A stretch of DNA of 63,946 bases, the filler included, from Perkinsus olseni (lineage: Eukaryota): NCBI GenBank assembly GCA_013115125.1. It is 3 parts of 3 records of this genome, joined end to end, with 100 filler letters (N's around TTAATTAATTAA, not from the genome) between each part and the next. Parts side by side here need not be neighbours in the genome. Positions count along the whole stretch, not along the records: positions 1 to 21,335 come from JABANN010000556.1; positions 21,436 to 42,664 come from JABANN010000557.1; 1 more part is not named here. The stretch is one strand, 5' to 3'. The notes under the pieces are model-generated. The model had not been told where the DNA came from. It saw only the letters and a program-made list of their open reading frames with translations, and did no database searches. Positions 13,600 to 27,900 of the stretch are shown piece after piece. The number at the start of each line of letters is the position of its first letter. Position 1 is the stretch's first letter. A program made the translations under genes and the position numbers.

Positions 13600-14650
13600 A
13601 TCAGCCTTGCTGCTGGAAGCGATGGAAGTACTTGGTCTTATTAGCCACCATGGACAGGTTGGATGTTTGAACGCCGCCCGCTCCACGGTGATAATTCCTA
13701 AGTGGTATCTTACGTCGAAGCGTGCAACTCGCAGGCGCTCACCTCTGTGTTGTCCAGAATTGCCTGGGATCCTTGATGTTCCGAACCTCGATCATCACCT
13801 AAGGGACCAACAGGGTTACTGGGTTGTAGACAATCGACACACTACTGAGTAGAACTTACGTTGGATTTATTCCGCCACATTGGCTTGAACCTATCAGCCG
13901 GCAAACGCGAGCGATTCGCGTTCGGATGATAACTGTGAGCAGAACGATGCTAGAGAAATGCCGGTGCAGAGATTAGAACCTACGCGCATAATGGCTTGTT
14001 GTTTGCTCCACAAGAAGTCACGGGCTCGTTGGCGAAGTCATGACGGTACGTACCTGTCCGGGGTAGGATAGAAGAGTAGGACCGATAGAAGGGAAACTTA
14101 CTGGTGGGGAAGGCTGCAATCGACTGGGTTCGGACGATCCTTGGCTTCAAGGGGACGGCAAGGAGGCCCCCGGCTGATTGGAAGACCTACAGGGGTTTAT
14201 ACAGGCTCTGTGCTGGGTTCAGCGTTCAATACCCTCTTGCACGTTGAATAGGTTGATCCAGGTTTAGGGTCAGGGAAACTGACTTGCCCTAGGTTGGTGA
14301 TACTCTTCGGATGCCCTGGTGACTTTTCAAGTGCTGATACGCTCACACTTCGCACCAGTGCCATATCGAAAGCTCTAAAAGGAAATTCTCACAACGCCGA
14401 ATTCAGCTAGGTCGTTCCAACTAGTCACGCGTGACATGACAAGTTGTGCAGTCCTTGGATTAGCATGCCAGGACACGATCGTGGTCCGCGGCTCATCCGT
14501 AGTTCTCTGGCTTGGTCAGTCCCGGCCAGGACGAGATGCCACCTCATCCAGTTTGATGCGCTTCGATCGGAATCGGCAGGCGGCCGATTCCAGCAGCGCG
14601 AATCCTGGTATCTCGTTTGTTGCACAATGGCACAATCGTACAAGCTAGAG
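13600..14650 (+). pseudogene. possible highly decayed Gypsy-like pol (RT/RNase H) remnant
   Basis: Weak frameshifted fragments in plausible RT-to-RNase H order: ELPGILDV..YWVVD, LFRHIGLNLSAGK, DLQGFIQALCWVQRSIP, HLIQFDA/IGIG/FQQRESWYLV. No YxDD motif seen. Confidence 0.25.
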
Positions 14651-14885
14651 CTTCACCCACCGATCAAGTTACATTCGATTCACTTATCAGTGGAGGCGCC
14701 CTCAGCACCTTGCACGAGAGTTTATTATTTTACAGTAATTTCCAGTTGCCAGATCGAGCAGTGGAATGACATGCGCAGCGGCAGGATAAGGGTTTGCGTT
14801 TTTTGGGCGAGCGAGATTGTTCCTGCGTTAGCGTCGCACGTCATGATAACGTGTGTTGAATAAGCCTATTTTTGACAAGGAGAAA

Positions 14886-16923
14886 ATGGCCACTTCTCCC
14901 AAGGAACTCTGTAGTGAGGTGATGGACTCCATGGACTACACTCCTGGCATGTCCCTCGATGATATGGTCTCTAATGCACCTTGCCTTGGCAACATGAAAT
15001 GTAAGATAAAGGAGACGTTCTCCTACCTGCAGCTAGTTCGTGTATTTCACCCCAGGGGCGTATTGCCTGTAACGGAGAGGCTTCTGTTTCAGGTACTGAT
15101 GCCTTCGTCCGGTGTCTTGAAGCTGAAGGAGTTAAATACATCTTCGGTATCCCTGGGGAGGAGAATCTCGATTTGTTGGAGTCAATCCGAGTAGCCGAAA
15201 AAGAGGGTCGAATCAAATTGATCCTCACACGTCACGAGCAAGCAGCTGGTTTTATGGCGGCTACTGTGGGCCGACTCACTGGCCAACCTGGTGTCTGCCT
15301 CTCGACCCTGGGACCCGGTGCCACCAATTTCTCCACCGCTGTTGCATATGCTAAGCTCGGTGGTATGCCCATGTTGGTGCTTACTGGGCAGAAGCCTATC
15401 AGGCATTCCAAACAAGGCCAGTTCCAGATCGTTGATATCGTCGGCCATTTCCGTCCTATTACCAAGTTTACTAAGCAGGTTCCGGATGCGGGTAAGAGGG
15501 CTTAGGGATATGTGGTTCCTTTCCTTCTGATGCTCGTCTGGGCATATTCGCATATCGTACTTATCGTTGTCTCAGATGCTATTCCATCGCTCATCCGTGA
15601 ATCTGTGCGTGAGGCTCTGGAGGAGAAGCCTGGTCCGGTACATATCGAACTCCCCGAGGATATTGCTGAACATCATCTGGGTCCTAACGAGTACTTGTTC
15701 CCTATTCGGGAGGTTCGTCGACCCGTACCCGATGCCAAGGCGATTGGCAAGGCCGTTGCACTTATTCATGCCGCCAAACGGCCTCTTCTGTGTATTGGCT
15801 CCGGCTGCAACCGCAAGCGTACCAGCAAGATGCTGCGTAAGATCATAGAGGAGACCGGTATCTACGCTGTGAGCACGCAGATGGGCAAGGGAGTTGTTGA
15901 CGAGACAAGTCCTCACTTCCTTGGGGCCCTGGCTCTCTCCCAGAATGATTGGGTTCACACTGCCGTCGACTGGGCCGATCTTATCGTCAACATCGGCCAT
16001 GACTCGGTGGAAAAGCCTCCGTTTTTCATGAAGCATAACGAGAAGCCTATCGTTATCCATGTTAACTTCTACCCGGCCGTAGTGGATGACGTTTACTTCC
16101 CTCACCATGAGGTTGTGGGCGATATCGGCAATGCAGTTTGGCAAATTTCTGAGACACTAAAGGCCATGCCGAAGCCTCACTGGGACTTTGCCGTTTTCGA
16201 GAAGGTGAGTTTAGGAGTACTTGTACTTTGTTGACCGTATTGTCTCTTATTCAGATACGTGAAGTGGCACAGAGGCGAATGCATCATTCCATCTATACCA
16301 CGTCGGATGCCTTCCCGATGGATATTCGTAGGGTTGTTAAAGACGTACGCAAATGCATGCCTGACAAGAGCGTTGTATGCCTTGATAACGGTATGTATAA
16401 GATCTGGTTTGCGAGGCTCTATGAGGCCCGAGAGCCCAATACACTGCTCCTCGATAATGCTCTAGCCAGTATGGGTGCCGGTCTTCCCTCTGCTCTCGCC
16501 GCCAAGATGGTTCGACCCGACCACAAGGTTTTGGCCGTCTCCGGTGATGGTGGTTTTATGATGAACTCCCAAGAGTTGGAGACTGCTGTTACTCTTGGTC
16601 TGGACGTCATACAGATTGTGCTCAACGATAATGCTTATGGTATGATCGAATGGAAACAGAGCGCGTCTGGGATGCCCAAGTGGGGCCTTCAATTGAATAA
16701 CGTTGACTTCGTCAAGTACGCTGAGGCCTACGGTGCCAAGGGGTATCGCGTCACTAGACCTGACGAGCTCACCGAGATCCTTAACAAGTGCCTTGATCAG
16801 CACGGTGTCCATCTCATCGAAGTTCCTGTGAACTACGAGGCCAGTAACCGCACTCTCAACGTCGACGTCCCTGACCATGTTAAAGAGCTGAGGGGGATCC
16901 TGAACAAGGAGTTCAAATATTGA
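14886..16923 (+). CDS. acetolactate synthase large subunit, bacterial-like ThDP-dependent enzyme
   Basis: Exons 14886-15000, 15093-15491, 15576-16204 and 16255-16923. They encode FVRCLEAEGVKYIFGIPGEENLDLLESIR, TRHEQAAGFMAATVGRLTG, STLGPGATN and the ThDP motif GDGGFMMNSQELETA...IVLNDNAYGMI. Confidence 0.92.
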
Positions 16924-18633
16924 ATGCAACAAGCGAGCGAGCCGAGAGTTATTCTACTATCATTCAGAGTTATTAAGATTCACAAGGGGCGAATAGAATT
17001 TTTTCGGTGTTACCCTTTGCTACTGCAACTTCGAAATATTGCTGTCTATCTGATATGCTAACAGTCATAATTGAAGCATAATACTCTTAAAGGCCATCAT
17101 TATCATCATCGTCGATTGGAGGGTATAATTGGTTATACTAGCATCGATTTTACGAGTGCGTATAGCACTTTGATCTTTGTTCTGACCTGTTGCTGCTGCT
17201 CTTTACGTTACTGTTCGTAGTAGGCTACTACTCCTACAACTAACACTACTAATATCAGAGCCGAGGGATCGGTGTCTGTTCAAGACCTTCCTGGAGCTAT
17301 GTCCTACGGATAGTAACCGCTCTGGCTGGTAGAGACCAACTTATACTTGACAGCAACCTCTAAGTGATTGACCTTTATCTCTAAAAACCTTGTGCGTTTT
17401 ATTTCAGTTTTAATGGGGTGTGGTTCACATGAAACGTGCACTGACGTATTGCGTCATTCTAGAACCCCGGACAGTGCTCATTCCGCAATCGCTATTTTCG
17501 AGGTGAATCGGCTGCAGTGTTTGCGAGGGCCGGCGAGCTACCTGCTCAATTCGGTAGAAGAGCATAACTCTCCCACTCTCAAGCTATTGTGCTGATGGAA
17601 TGAAGTGCATGATGTCTTTCAAGACAGCAGTTCTCGTGCCACGTCATGGCATCTGTTGAAGGGGAAGTTTTTGCCCCGCTCAACTCACATGAACATACGA
17701 GGAAGCCTTCTTCGCTAAGGTCGCTTTGGATTCATTCATCCTATCGCCTCTGCTCAGCAGTCAAGCGCCGCGGCAACCTGGACCCTTGTAGGGTACTAGC
17801 CTTCCTCTCTTACACGCTCTCGGCTAAGCAACAGCAGATTTCCCTCGAGGATTGACTCGCCGGTGCTTGAGTTAGAACGAAGAGGCCGAAGACAATGCAT
17901 GTGGCAGAACACATCTGGCAAGGGGTAACCTTCTATCCGAAGGTTCAGTAGTGCCCTGCAAGCTAAGCGGGAAAGGGGGCGATCATGTGCTCTACAACTC
18001 AGTACAGTGTGGCTATTTGAGTCTCAAATTGAGACGGGGCTTAAAGAGTATATGCAAAGCGCATAGAAAGGGCAGACCACGATACCAATCTATCTGACAG
18101 ATGATAGTCTAACAGCTGAGTAGTATTGAACCAGACTGTAGCCGTCACATAGCGTATACTATAGTCGTCACTATGTTGCGACTATAGTGCACATATTTGG
18201 GACATGGAATCATTGCTACCGTTCGTCGTTATCGCACAAGCAGTCCCGTGGTGACCACCGACGGGGGGCTCCCACGAAGGGTATAGAAAGTGTCGCTCCC
18301 CGCTTCTGCTCAGAAACGGATGCTGGCTGCCCTCGCCTTTCGGACGTACTCTTCGGTGCCTGCCACCCACGCTCTTGTTGCTCTGCTGATCGGAGTTTCC
18401 GGTGACGAAAATTACAACGGCGATGCTCTAAAATGGTGGCGCTGATGCTCGTGCGTACGACCGAGCGTCACGTCACCTTGCGCTGAAGCCCTCTCTATGC
18501 CAACTTTGGCTCTGCTTTGCAGAACACTTCTTACCCTTCAAGCCTCGAGATTGCAGTAACCATGCGGATGCTGGTGGATCTCCGAAGGCCCATTCAGTCG
18601 TACTATGCCTGCTTCAGCTTTACTCAGTTACCG

Positions 18634-19461
18634 ATGCTGCCCATCCTTCTTATCTTCTCCCTCTCTGTCGGCGTACACGGCCATGGCTTCATGACGAACC
18701 CTCCTGCGCGTAACAAAGCCGCCCATCCTGACAATTACTACTGCCCTCAATGTGGTAACAGTGTCGGAGCTGTAGGGAGGATCCATGCTAAAGGGGCCCC
18801 CTTTCCTGATAACCACGACGCTGAAGGCACCCACGGGCTGTGTGGTGATCCATGGGAAGGAGGCAAGGGTGATCTCCTGCCTCTCAACCAGCAGACTTTT
18901 ATGAAGGAAGGGCCGATCGTGGTCACCTACAGCCGTGGGCAAACCATCGAGATCGATATGCACTTGACCGTGCACCATTGGGGTCATTTCGAGTTCCGAA
19001 TTTGTGAGGGTGGTCTATCCGGTGAGAAGTACTCGACTCAGAAGGCTGGCCAGGACTGCCTTAATAAGAATCTTCTCGTGAGACCCGACCCCAAGACTCG
19101 TACGGAATGCCGGAATGCCAAGACTATCGACGCCAGCAACTATGACTGCCAGCCCCTTGATGCCGCCCATCCAGAGAGGTGGTATCTTCCCCCGCGGAGC
19201 TACGGTACTGATGGAATGAACTACAAGATGAAGTTCAAGCTTCCCGATAACCTTACCTGTAATCCTTGTACCATGCAATGGAATTGGATTACTGGTAACT
19301 CTTGCCTGGTCGAGGGCTATAAGGAATACTTCGCCAAGTTCAAGAAGGAGTACCCGAGCCTAGACCCTTCCTGGGACCAATCTAACTCTATCCTTCCCAG
19401 CTGCGACCTGACCGGAGGTGGCGAGCAGTTCTGGAACTGCGCTGATGTTACCATCCAGTAG
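18634..19461 (+). CDS. secreted lytic polysaccharide monooxygenase (AA15-like / Chitin_bind_3-type), intronless
   Basis: Signal peptide MLPILLIFSLSVGVHG leaves His1 (CAT 18682-18684) in HGFMTNPPAR. Other motifs: CGDPW, second brace His region VHHWGHFEFRIC, CTMQWNWITGNSC and EQFWNCADVTI. Confidence 0.88.
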   Translation: MLPILLIFSLSVGVHGHGFMTNPPARNKAAHPDNYYCPQCGNSVGAVGRIHAKGAPFPDNHDAEGTHGLCGDPWEGGKGDLLPLNQQTFMKEGPIVVTYSRGQTIEIDMHLTVHHWGHFEFRICEGGLSGEKYSTQKAGQDCLNKNLLVRPDPKTRTECRNAKTIDASNYDCQPLDAAHPERWYLPPRSYGTDGMNYKMKFKLPDNLTCNPCTMQWNWITGNSCLVEGYKEYFAKFKKEYPSLDPSWDQSNSILPSCDLTGGGEQFWNCADVTIQ

Positions 19462-21335
19462 TTTAGGATGCCACCAACGCGGTGGTGTTTGTGGTTTGAT
19501 GGATGGCCGATAGTGGGTCTCACGCACAGGGTGTGTGCGTCACCTGTCTTTCTGTCTATCTTTGACCGCTTAGGCGCTTAGTGCGCTTGCGTGCCATCGG
19601 GGCACGCGTGCTTTGCTCGGGCAGAGCCATGGCCAGTTTTCATTCGTACAACCAAAGTCTGAGTCGTAATAGGCTCCATCGCTATCAGATTTATGCCTTA
19701 GTAGTTAGTTTTTGACCTCGAGACTTAATGGCATCTCCTGCGAGTCGCGTTCATGAGGCGGAGCTCGGTCAAACTCTCACAGTGTTGAGCCTCACGAGGC
19801 CACCCTTATGCGTTCCTCCTCAGGCAACGTTCTCTTAGCTATTGTTAGCAGGCTGCTCCAGGGCTAGCTGAGCAAGGAGAACATTTTCGGGCAATCATTC
19901 TAGCACTACGCTTTCCTGGCGGAAGTTTCCCGCCAAATGCCATGTTTTCTTTTGGCCATTGATTTTGGTGCCAAATGTTTTATCTGCATAGCAACTGTCA
20001 TGCTCCACACTTTCACGGTAGTGTTTCTTCGTCTTTGCTGGTCGTTATCAAGTTAGCTACCGTGCAATCCTCTGATGTAGGATAGTACGACATGATGTTG
20101 CTCTGCAGTGCTATTGACGAAGGCTTTGATATGGAGTATGATTTCCATGTTGACTAGAATATCATTGCCAGTTCTCACCCGATGATTGATAGCTCAGGTT
20201 GCTTTGCTCCCTTTTCTCATCCATCCTGTGGTTGTCGTGTTGTGAGCTATCTCGGGAGTTCGCACGCCATGGTATGAATGATAGAGCGATAGGCTTGGAT
20301 TCCCATGGAGTATAGAGAGTCTCCCGCATGAGTGTATTCCTATCGACCGTAGAATGCGTAAGTCGTTCTCCTCGCCGAGCTCCCCACAGTTCCCCGTACA
20401 CCTCCTGAGCTGCTGATTTTCAACAGTCCTCTGAGCTTCCAGGGCGACCAATGAGATTCCTCGAGTAAAACTGACATCAAAATGGCCGATCCTGAATATT
20501 TGTCATTGGTGGGATTGTATTGATTTCTGTACCTTGAAGGAGGAATGCTGATCATACGGTTTCTCTAGACGATTCATATTTTCATCCATTCCGCCGCTCC
20601 AATGTGATTATTACTCAACGCGAACCCAACTCACATTGTGGTGAGCTACAGAATTGGATCACGCCGGTGAAGACGTGATAACCTCTTGTGGCGAGACGGC
20701 GCGGAGAAGAATCCGGGTAGTGTCCCATTCGGATTAATCACAGAGAGGCTATTCAGACATCTCGGCGGGCGAGACTCGGTGAGTAGCAGGCGGACTGGTC
20801 ATTTTTCACGGTCGTAGAGTCGAATATGCTACTACGTTTCAGGACGCTTGCTCTCTTGAGCACCACTGACGAGCCCATCCCACTGGCTTCTCGTTCAAGT
20901 ACAGGATAATGTCTCCGTGCTCTTCGTGGGCAGGCGGGTGACCTTCAGGATCGTTAGCGTCCTATCACATCTTCTTTGTTCATGGACGACTCTTGATTGG
21001 GTAGGCAGAGTTGGATCTCAATTACACGGACGGGGACACCAGGGCTACGTCCGGGAAAATCATGATAACCTCATACCACATAGTCGCTCCAGTCCGGCAT
21101 TGTCATGGCGAGATGAAGTGCATCAGACGTCATCGGGCAGCCCTGGGCCTTGCTGTCTGTGGCTGCTTGTTACTCATTGTGCGCAGATCATCTTGGGCAT
21201 GCGTGCATAGCTTATTCCCCTCGAGAGACTAAGCTTAGAAGCAGAAAGTAGAAGACTTTACGCTCCTTCTCGCCTTGCGTTGACTATGAGCAACAACGGA
21301 GAAGCAACAACTGGTGCCCAGACCCCCAGTGAACC

Positions 21336-21435
21336 NNNNNNNNNNNNNNNNNNNNNNNNNNNNNNNNNNNNNNNNNNNNTTAATTAATTAANNNNNNNNN
21401 NNNNNNNNNNNNNNNNNNNNNNNNNNNNNNNNNNN
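21336..21435. other. artificial contig spacer (N44-TTAATTAATTAA-N44)
   Basis: Exactly 100 nt, with a core that places stops in all six frames. Confidence 0.97.
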
Positions 21436-22806
21436 CAAACACGTAGTATGTGCTGAATTAGACTGATTTTTGTGATTTGCATATCGAATTGGAACACCCT
21501 GTAGTGGCTGCCTCATTTTTGCATGTGGCGTTTCTATGCCGAAACAGCGTGCATGACTTATCCCCGGTTGAGCTGATCATATCCTTTACGGTCGGGTCCT
21601 CGAGGGATAAGCAGAATAACGCCGACGAGTGTCAACACTGGGGGTCAGAAAGCATCTTTATCGCTAAATCATGCGCTGCAGAATAGCAGTCCAGTTGTGC
21701 AAAGGAGAGCTTTCTCACGACCAGTCGTAGAAGGGTACATCAGTTTGTTAGGTGTTATTCTCTGCCTTTCGACTCTAGTGAGAAAGGCTACAACGGTAGA
21801 ACTCGCCTGGTAAGAGTACTAGCCCTCAGCGTCGAGACTTGTTGGACTTACGTCTTCAGTTGACGGCGTTGCCACAGCCCTAACCAGCGAGGACACGATC
21901 AGGCCAAGCATCGTGCTGTCCTTGTCGAAACATGTGGGGTCTACTCGAATATGATGTTGAACTATGTAGCCCAGAAGCGCTATATGCTCCTGATGATAAT
22001 GCTTTACGCGAGCGAAGAACCAAAGCAGGAGTTGAAGCAGACACTCCCGGGTTACACGAGTAGCTCCTCGGCAGCGATCTGACATGTGTCGATTACTGAG
22101 TAAAATCTTGAGGACTGCGTCTCGGTCCCTGGGAGGCGAGTCTGGCGAGCACCAGCTGGCGATGATGTGCTGCAGCTCTTCAACTGCCAACGAGCGTGTA
22201 GAGGACGAGTCTGATGAAGACCCATGGTGGCCCTATCGCAAGCCCTTCTCAGTTCACCTAGTCGTTCCATGCTTCGGAGGGTGGCTTTTTGAATCTGATT
22301 TTCCCTTCGCCGTCTCTCGAGACCGATGCTGGAATGGTAGTTGTCATGTGACTGGAGCCGACGAACTCTCGGAAGACTCGCGGTGTCTCCGGTAGAGTCT
22401 CTGAGAGGTCGTGGATGGGTCAGAGAGTATACAGTGATCCACTTCTCGCGAGCCTCAGAATCGATTCTGGAGTTGCACGACGGCAGACCAACCTCCCTTG
22501 CTGTGCCGAGTCTCCCTAAGCGGGCTAATGCCGTTAGCCGCGATCAATCACGTACGGGTGTTCCTGAACCCTACCCAAAGTTGTTGTTTCTGGTTGTCAC
22601 CAAGGGCGATACTCCGAACTGTCGTCTAACTCTCGGGGACATCCTATTGGTCCTTGGGGTCGGAGATAATGAGTTTGATGGTGATGACATCACAGACGAT
22701 AAAAATAGACCGAGACCACACCTGGCGCGAGTGATTCGAGGCCTTTCCCGATGCAACCTAGCGGCTACGGAAGGCCTCATCGCTGAAGTCGTGGTGACTT
22801 TCGCAT
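21436..22806 (-). CDS. hypothetical multi-exon protein, truncated at contig edge
   Basis: Minus-strand open segments (22571-22864, 21819-22190 and further left) give a Ser/Pro-rich N-terminus followed by helical-looking sequence. No domain recognised; start uncertain. Confidence 0.35.
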
Positions 22807-23224
22807 GAGAGATTGTTTTATCCTCCTGAAGATCAGCGAGTAGGCGGCACCGGTCCGTTCGCAATATGATAGAGTCTCCTTCCTACAAAATCATACCATA
22901 ACATCCGCGACTCCTGACGAGCCCCGAGACGAGGTAGACCGAATAATCAAGGCAAACGTCGACTGTGGTTCCGACAAAGTCGGTACTCGCCTGGCTCTTT
23001 ATGATGTGCTCAAATCCCGGCAAGTGCTTCGCCTGGGGGCTCTCCCTCGTCAGGCTTTAGGGAGGAAAACGCTCTACTCAAAGTCAGACTCCCCCAAACG
23101 GTTTTGATAGCTCTGCGAAGCCGTCTATAACATCTCAAAGCAAAACCTCAATAATGAATGAAGCTGGCACTCAGCCGAAACAACAAGATAGCAGTAGTTC
23201 AGAAAAATACTAGTAGCAGGAAAT

Positions 23225-24316
<1,092 letters not shown>

Positions 24317-24955
24317 TTAGTGTTAAGCTACTCAGCTGTTGTGTCGTGTCTTTGTCTTGCGGTGACGGTACGGCTATGTACTCCACTTCTGCAGTGTTTC
24401 ACGAAGGTGAATGGGAGTTGAAGTTGATTGGCGATGAAGGGCAAGTCCGATGGCAAGTCCGATGATTTTGATGAGATATCATCAACAGACAAGAGCGAGT
24501 GACTTCTGAGCATTGGCCGATCGTACCGCACCACACGAAAACCTTGTCGCCCTTAAGTTGTCGAGATAATCTAGCGATAGCCAATCAGTACCGTAACCAC
24601 TAGGTACCAGCCAATCGGTGTCGATAAAGTTCTTGTAACACCTCGACTACCACGCCTCAGACACCTAGTTGCTTACAGAAATGGTAATTGCGCCAAGTTG
24701 AGAAAAGGGCATTCACAGTAAATCGACCACGGCGAAACTCGGTTACCATCACAGCCGATGTACATAGTCTGTGAGAGTCCCCCACTGAAGGAGTAGCTGT
24801 GGGGTACTGAACCGAGTGCGGGTACTTGTTACACGTTAAAGTCGGCCGACCATGAAATCATAATCGATCAGAATGGCGCGCGCGATCGTCATCGCAGCAT
24901 CTCAATCGAGACTGCTGCTGCAGAGACTGTCATTTGCTCTTCAGCTGTTTGGCGA

Positions 24956-27900
24956 ATGGCGACCTCCCTTTCACGATCCCACAGCTGCTCCTTCAGACAG
25001 CAGCAGTACACTTCTTCGTCTCGTCGTGTAGCCAGCAGGAGTATGGCGTCCTCGAGAGGTGGCAGCCCGTCTAGGAGGGGCATGGGGGTCCCTACCACTG
25101 GACAGATCATGAAGTACTTGGCCTGTGTTGCTGATAGAGAGGTTCAGGTAGTAGGGATGACTAGTATGGATCGTAATAGTGATGTAATTACCTTGTAATT
25201 TGCCTTGTCCCGTCGCAATAATGAACTGAAACTTGTTGGGGTCTCTGCCTAAGGACGCTCGTACCGTTGCGTCTGACGAACTGATAGAATCTCTAAGTAG
25301 ACGTCTCAGTGGTTGAGAGAACTCTGATGATAAACTTGCAGGGAGTGCGCATGGGAGCGCACTTTAAATAGATCCCAGTGGTATCGGTTTGCCAGCGTGC
25401 ACGTCTCCTGTGTTCGCAGAGTAGAGCGGGGCAACGGGTGCTCTTTCGATATATAGAACAGCGTTGACCGCGAGTCAACCTCGTAACGATCTCCGGTAGT
25501 AATTGCGAACTTGTAGCAGGCTCCTCTGCCGTAGGACTACTAGTTAATTCAGCTTACTAGGGTTATCACCATAATTTCGGTGCTACAGAGAGTGAGTGTT
25601 TTCGAAACCTAATCGTCAACTGGTCGGTTGAGTCCTCAGTCACCCCTGGGTCGTTTTCAGATTGATATCTTTCGCGAGATGTTGTGCTCATCACCGGACT
25701 TCGATCCCTACAAGTTGTTCGCCCACCTTGACACCGACGCCAAGGGTTCCATCGACTCGACTGACCTCTGGGAGTTCGTCCAAAGGAACGACCCGACCGA
25801 CTACTTTCCAATCAGCGCCAGTAGTAGCTAAGAGGCATTTGTAGATTGTTTTGGGACGGGGGCAGGCTATAGCGGGTCTTGCGGATTCTGGAGATGGAGA
25901 ATCTTTCTCAGCCTCTTCTCACGGATGGAGGACCTTCTCATCTCTCAGCCACCGAAGGTGGTGGCAAAACATTTTGACAAAAAACGAAGTATAGCGGAGC
26001 AAAACTTGGAAGTATTTGAGATTTCCGAGGTCCTTATCGAAATCGCGCGGCGGGCGTACAGAGGGTCTTGCGGGATTCTCTCATGGAGAAGTTGGTGGTG
26101 AAACGTATTGTCGGAAATTTCGTTTTCCTACCACGTGGAGTCTGAACTTGAGAAATTTTGGCTGGGATAGGAAAATTTTCGATTCGTCATGGCGGAGTTA
26201 GACCGTGGGACTTCGGGACTTCGTTATAGCGAAAATCGCCGCAATAAAACAACTGATGAACAAAATTTCCGTGACCATCTCCGCACTGTTTCGTTCAGGT
26301 AATGGTATCATCGGTCACTACGACCACAGTGCCCTTGGGCAGTTGAATTACAGGGATTTCCTTCGCTTGATTCTGCCGTGGCGAAGCTCGGCGGCTATTG
26401 AAAAATCTCTAAGTCGGGGAGGCGGAAGTGATTATCTCAGCAACGAGACCGTCCGATGTTTCAGCAGGATCTTGACGAAGGAGGTGAGGCTTTCGTATTA
26501 TGGTAGTGTCGAAAATGTGGGGAAAATGGCGGCACGGGGGTTCGAACCTGGGTGGGATAATGCGGCTCGTACGCTCAGAATTTCGTCTTCATTTTTCGTG
26601 ACACATGGATTGGGATCGTCTTTTTCGTGCTGGGTTATGGAAGTGTCGAAATAATGTGTTTAGAAAAGTCAGGGCCGGGGTTCGAACCTAGGTGTCATAC
26701 ACCCAACGGTTGTGCATTACCTGGCTCTTGAGAGTTTCATCGTCGGGGTTGGTTGGGGACTTCTGAATGAGAAGTCGAGGGATATCGCTAGTCGTTCGGG
26801 TAGAATTTGTACTGAGAAGGTGGCGCTGGGATTCGAACCCGGGTGCGATCATGTGAACATGGGCTCAGAGTAGTTGAAGTCAATCCTTCTCAGGCAGAGT
26901 ACATGCCCGAGCTGAACACGAGGAAGGAGTATCTTCTGGCCCGATCGGACTTCTCCATCTCAGAGGCCTTTAACCATCTCGACTCATTTCTCAATCTAGG
27001 GTAAAGCTTTGGGTGTGCTTTCGGAGGGTCGAGAACTGGTCGTAGAGGCTCGGGAATTTAGATCTTCTTTCGGAGTACGTGGAGGTCTAGGTTGGGAGGG
27101 ATCTACCGGTTTCGGAGAGACGGTTTTGTCATGTTTGCGAGATTGGCAACGTACTTTCCTGTCATCAGCAGTGACAGATATCACTATAGTTGAACTCATT
27201 TATTTATAGTAGATAAGGGACTATGCCGTATTGCGCGTTGACACTGAGCTTGCTCACTCAAGGTAGCGTATTACAGTTTGGCGGAGTCGAAAGATTCTTG
27301 GTAGTGAGCTTGAGTTCTTTCCTGTATTGGTGATTTTGATAGTAAAAATCTTAATAGTCGGAGTGATGCTACTACTATTGAGATATTCCTTCTCAGGTTC
27401 CTCAATGTCTCGTCGATCCGCCAAGCCTTTCTTCGTTCTGGTGTGAAGTGCCCCGACTGTGAGGCCTGTATTGCTAGGATGGATAGGGACGGTGACTCTA
27501 AGGTTAGTGGGGCAGAGTTCTGGAGCGTAGTTGTTACTAATGTCGACCTAATTTGTATCTTGTATGATGCGACTTGAGATATTAGCATATCGCAGGGATA
27601 AGCTACCAGAAAAGCTACAAACGGGACGTCGCACGCTTTTGCAAGGCCAAGAGAATGGCGTTGAATTACATTGTGAGTGTAACAGTGGCAGAACTGCGTC
27701 ACGGCTGAGAGTCTCACGGATAGCTAGCTATCGTCTATGATCGACCTAAGATATGTTCCAGCTCTCTGTCATATCACGGCATAAACCTAAGATACGGTCG
27801 AGATATGTCTATCATAGGACAGGATCGACCTAAGATACGTTCAAGCCATCTATCATATCACAGGATCGACCTAAGATACGCCTACAGTTCATTCGCAATC

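Noticed and set aside
27735..27881. CRISPR-like repeat/spacer appearance (also considered for the tRNA array)
   Set aside because: The intervening sequences resemble each other, the context is a eukaryotic intron, and there are no cas genes.
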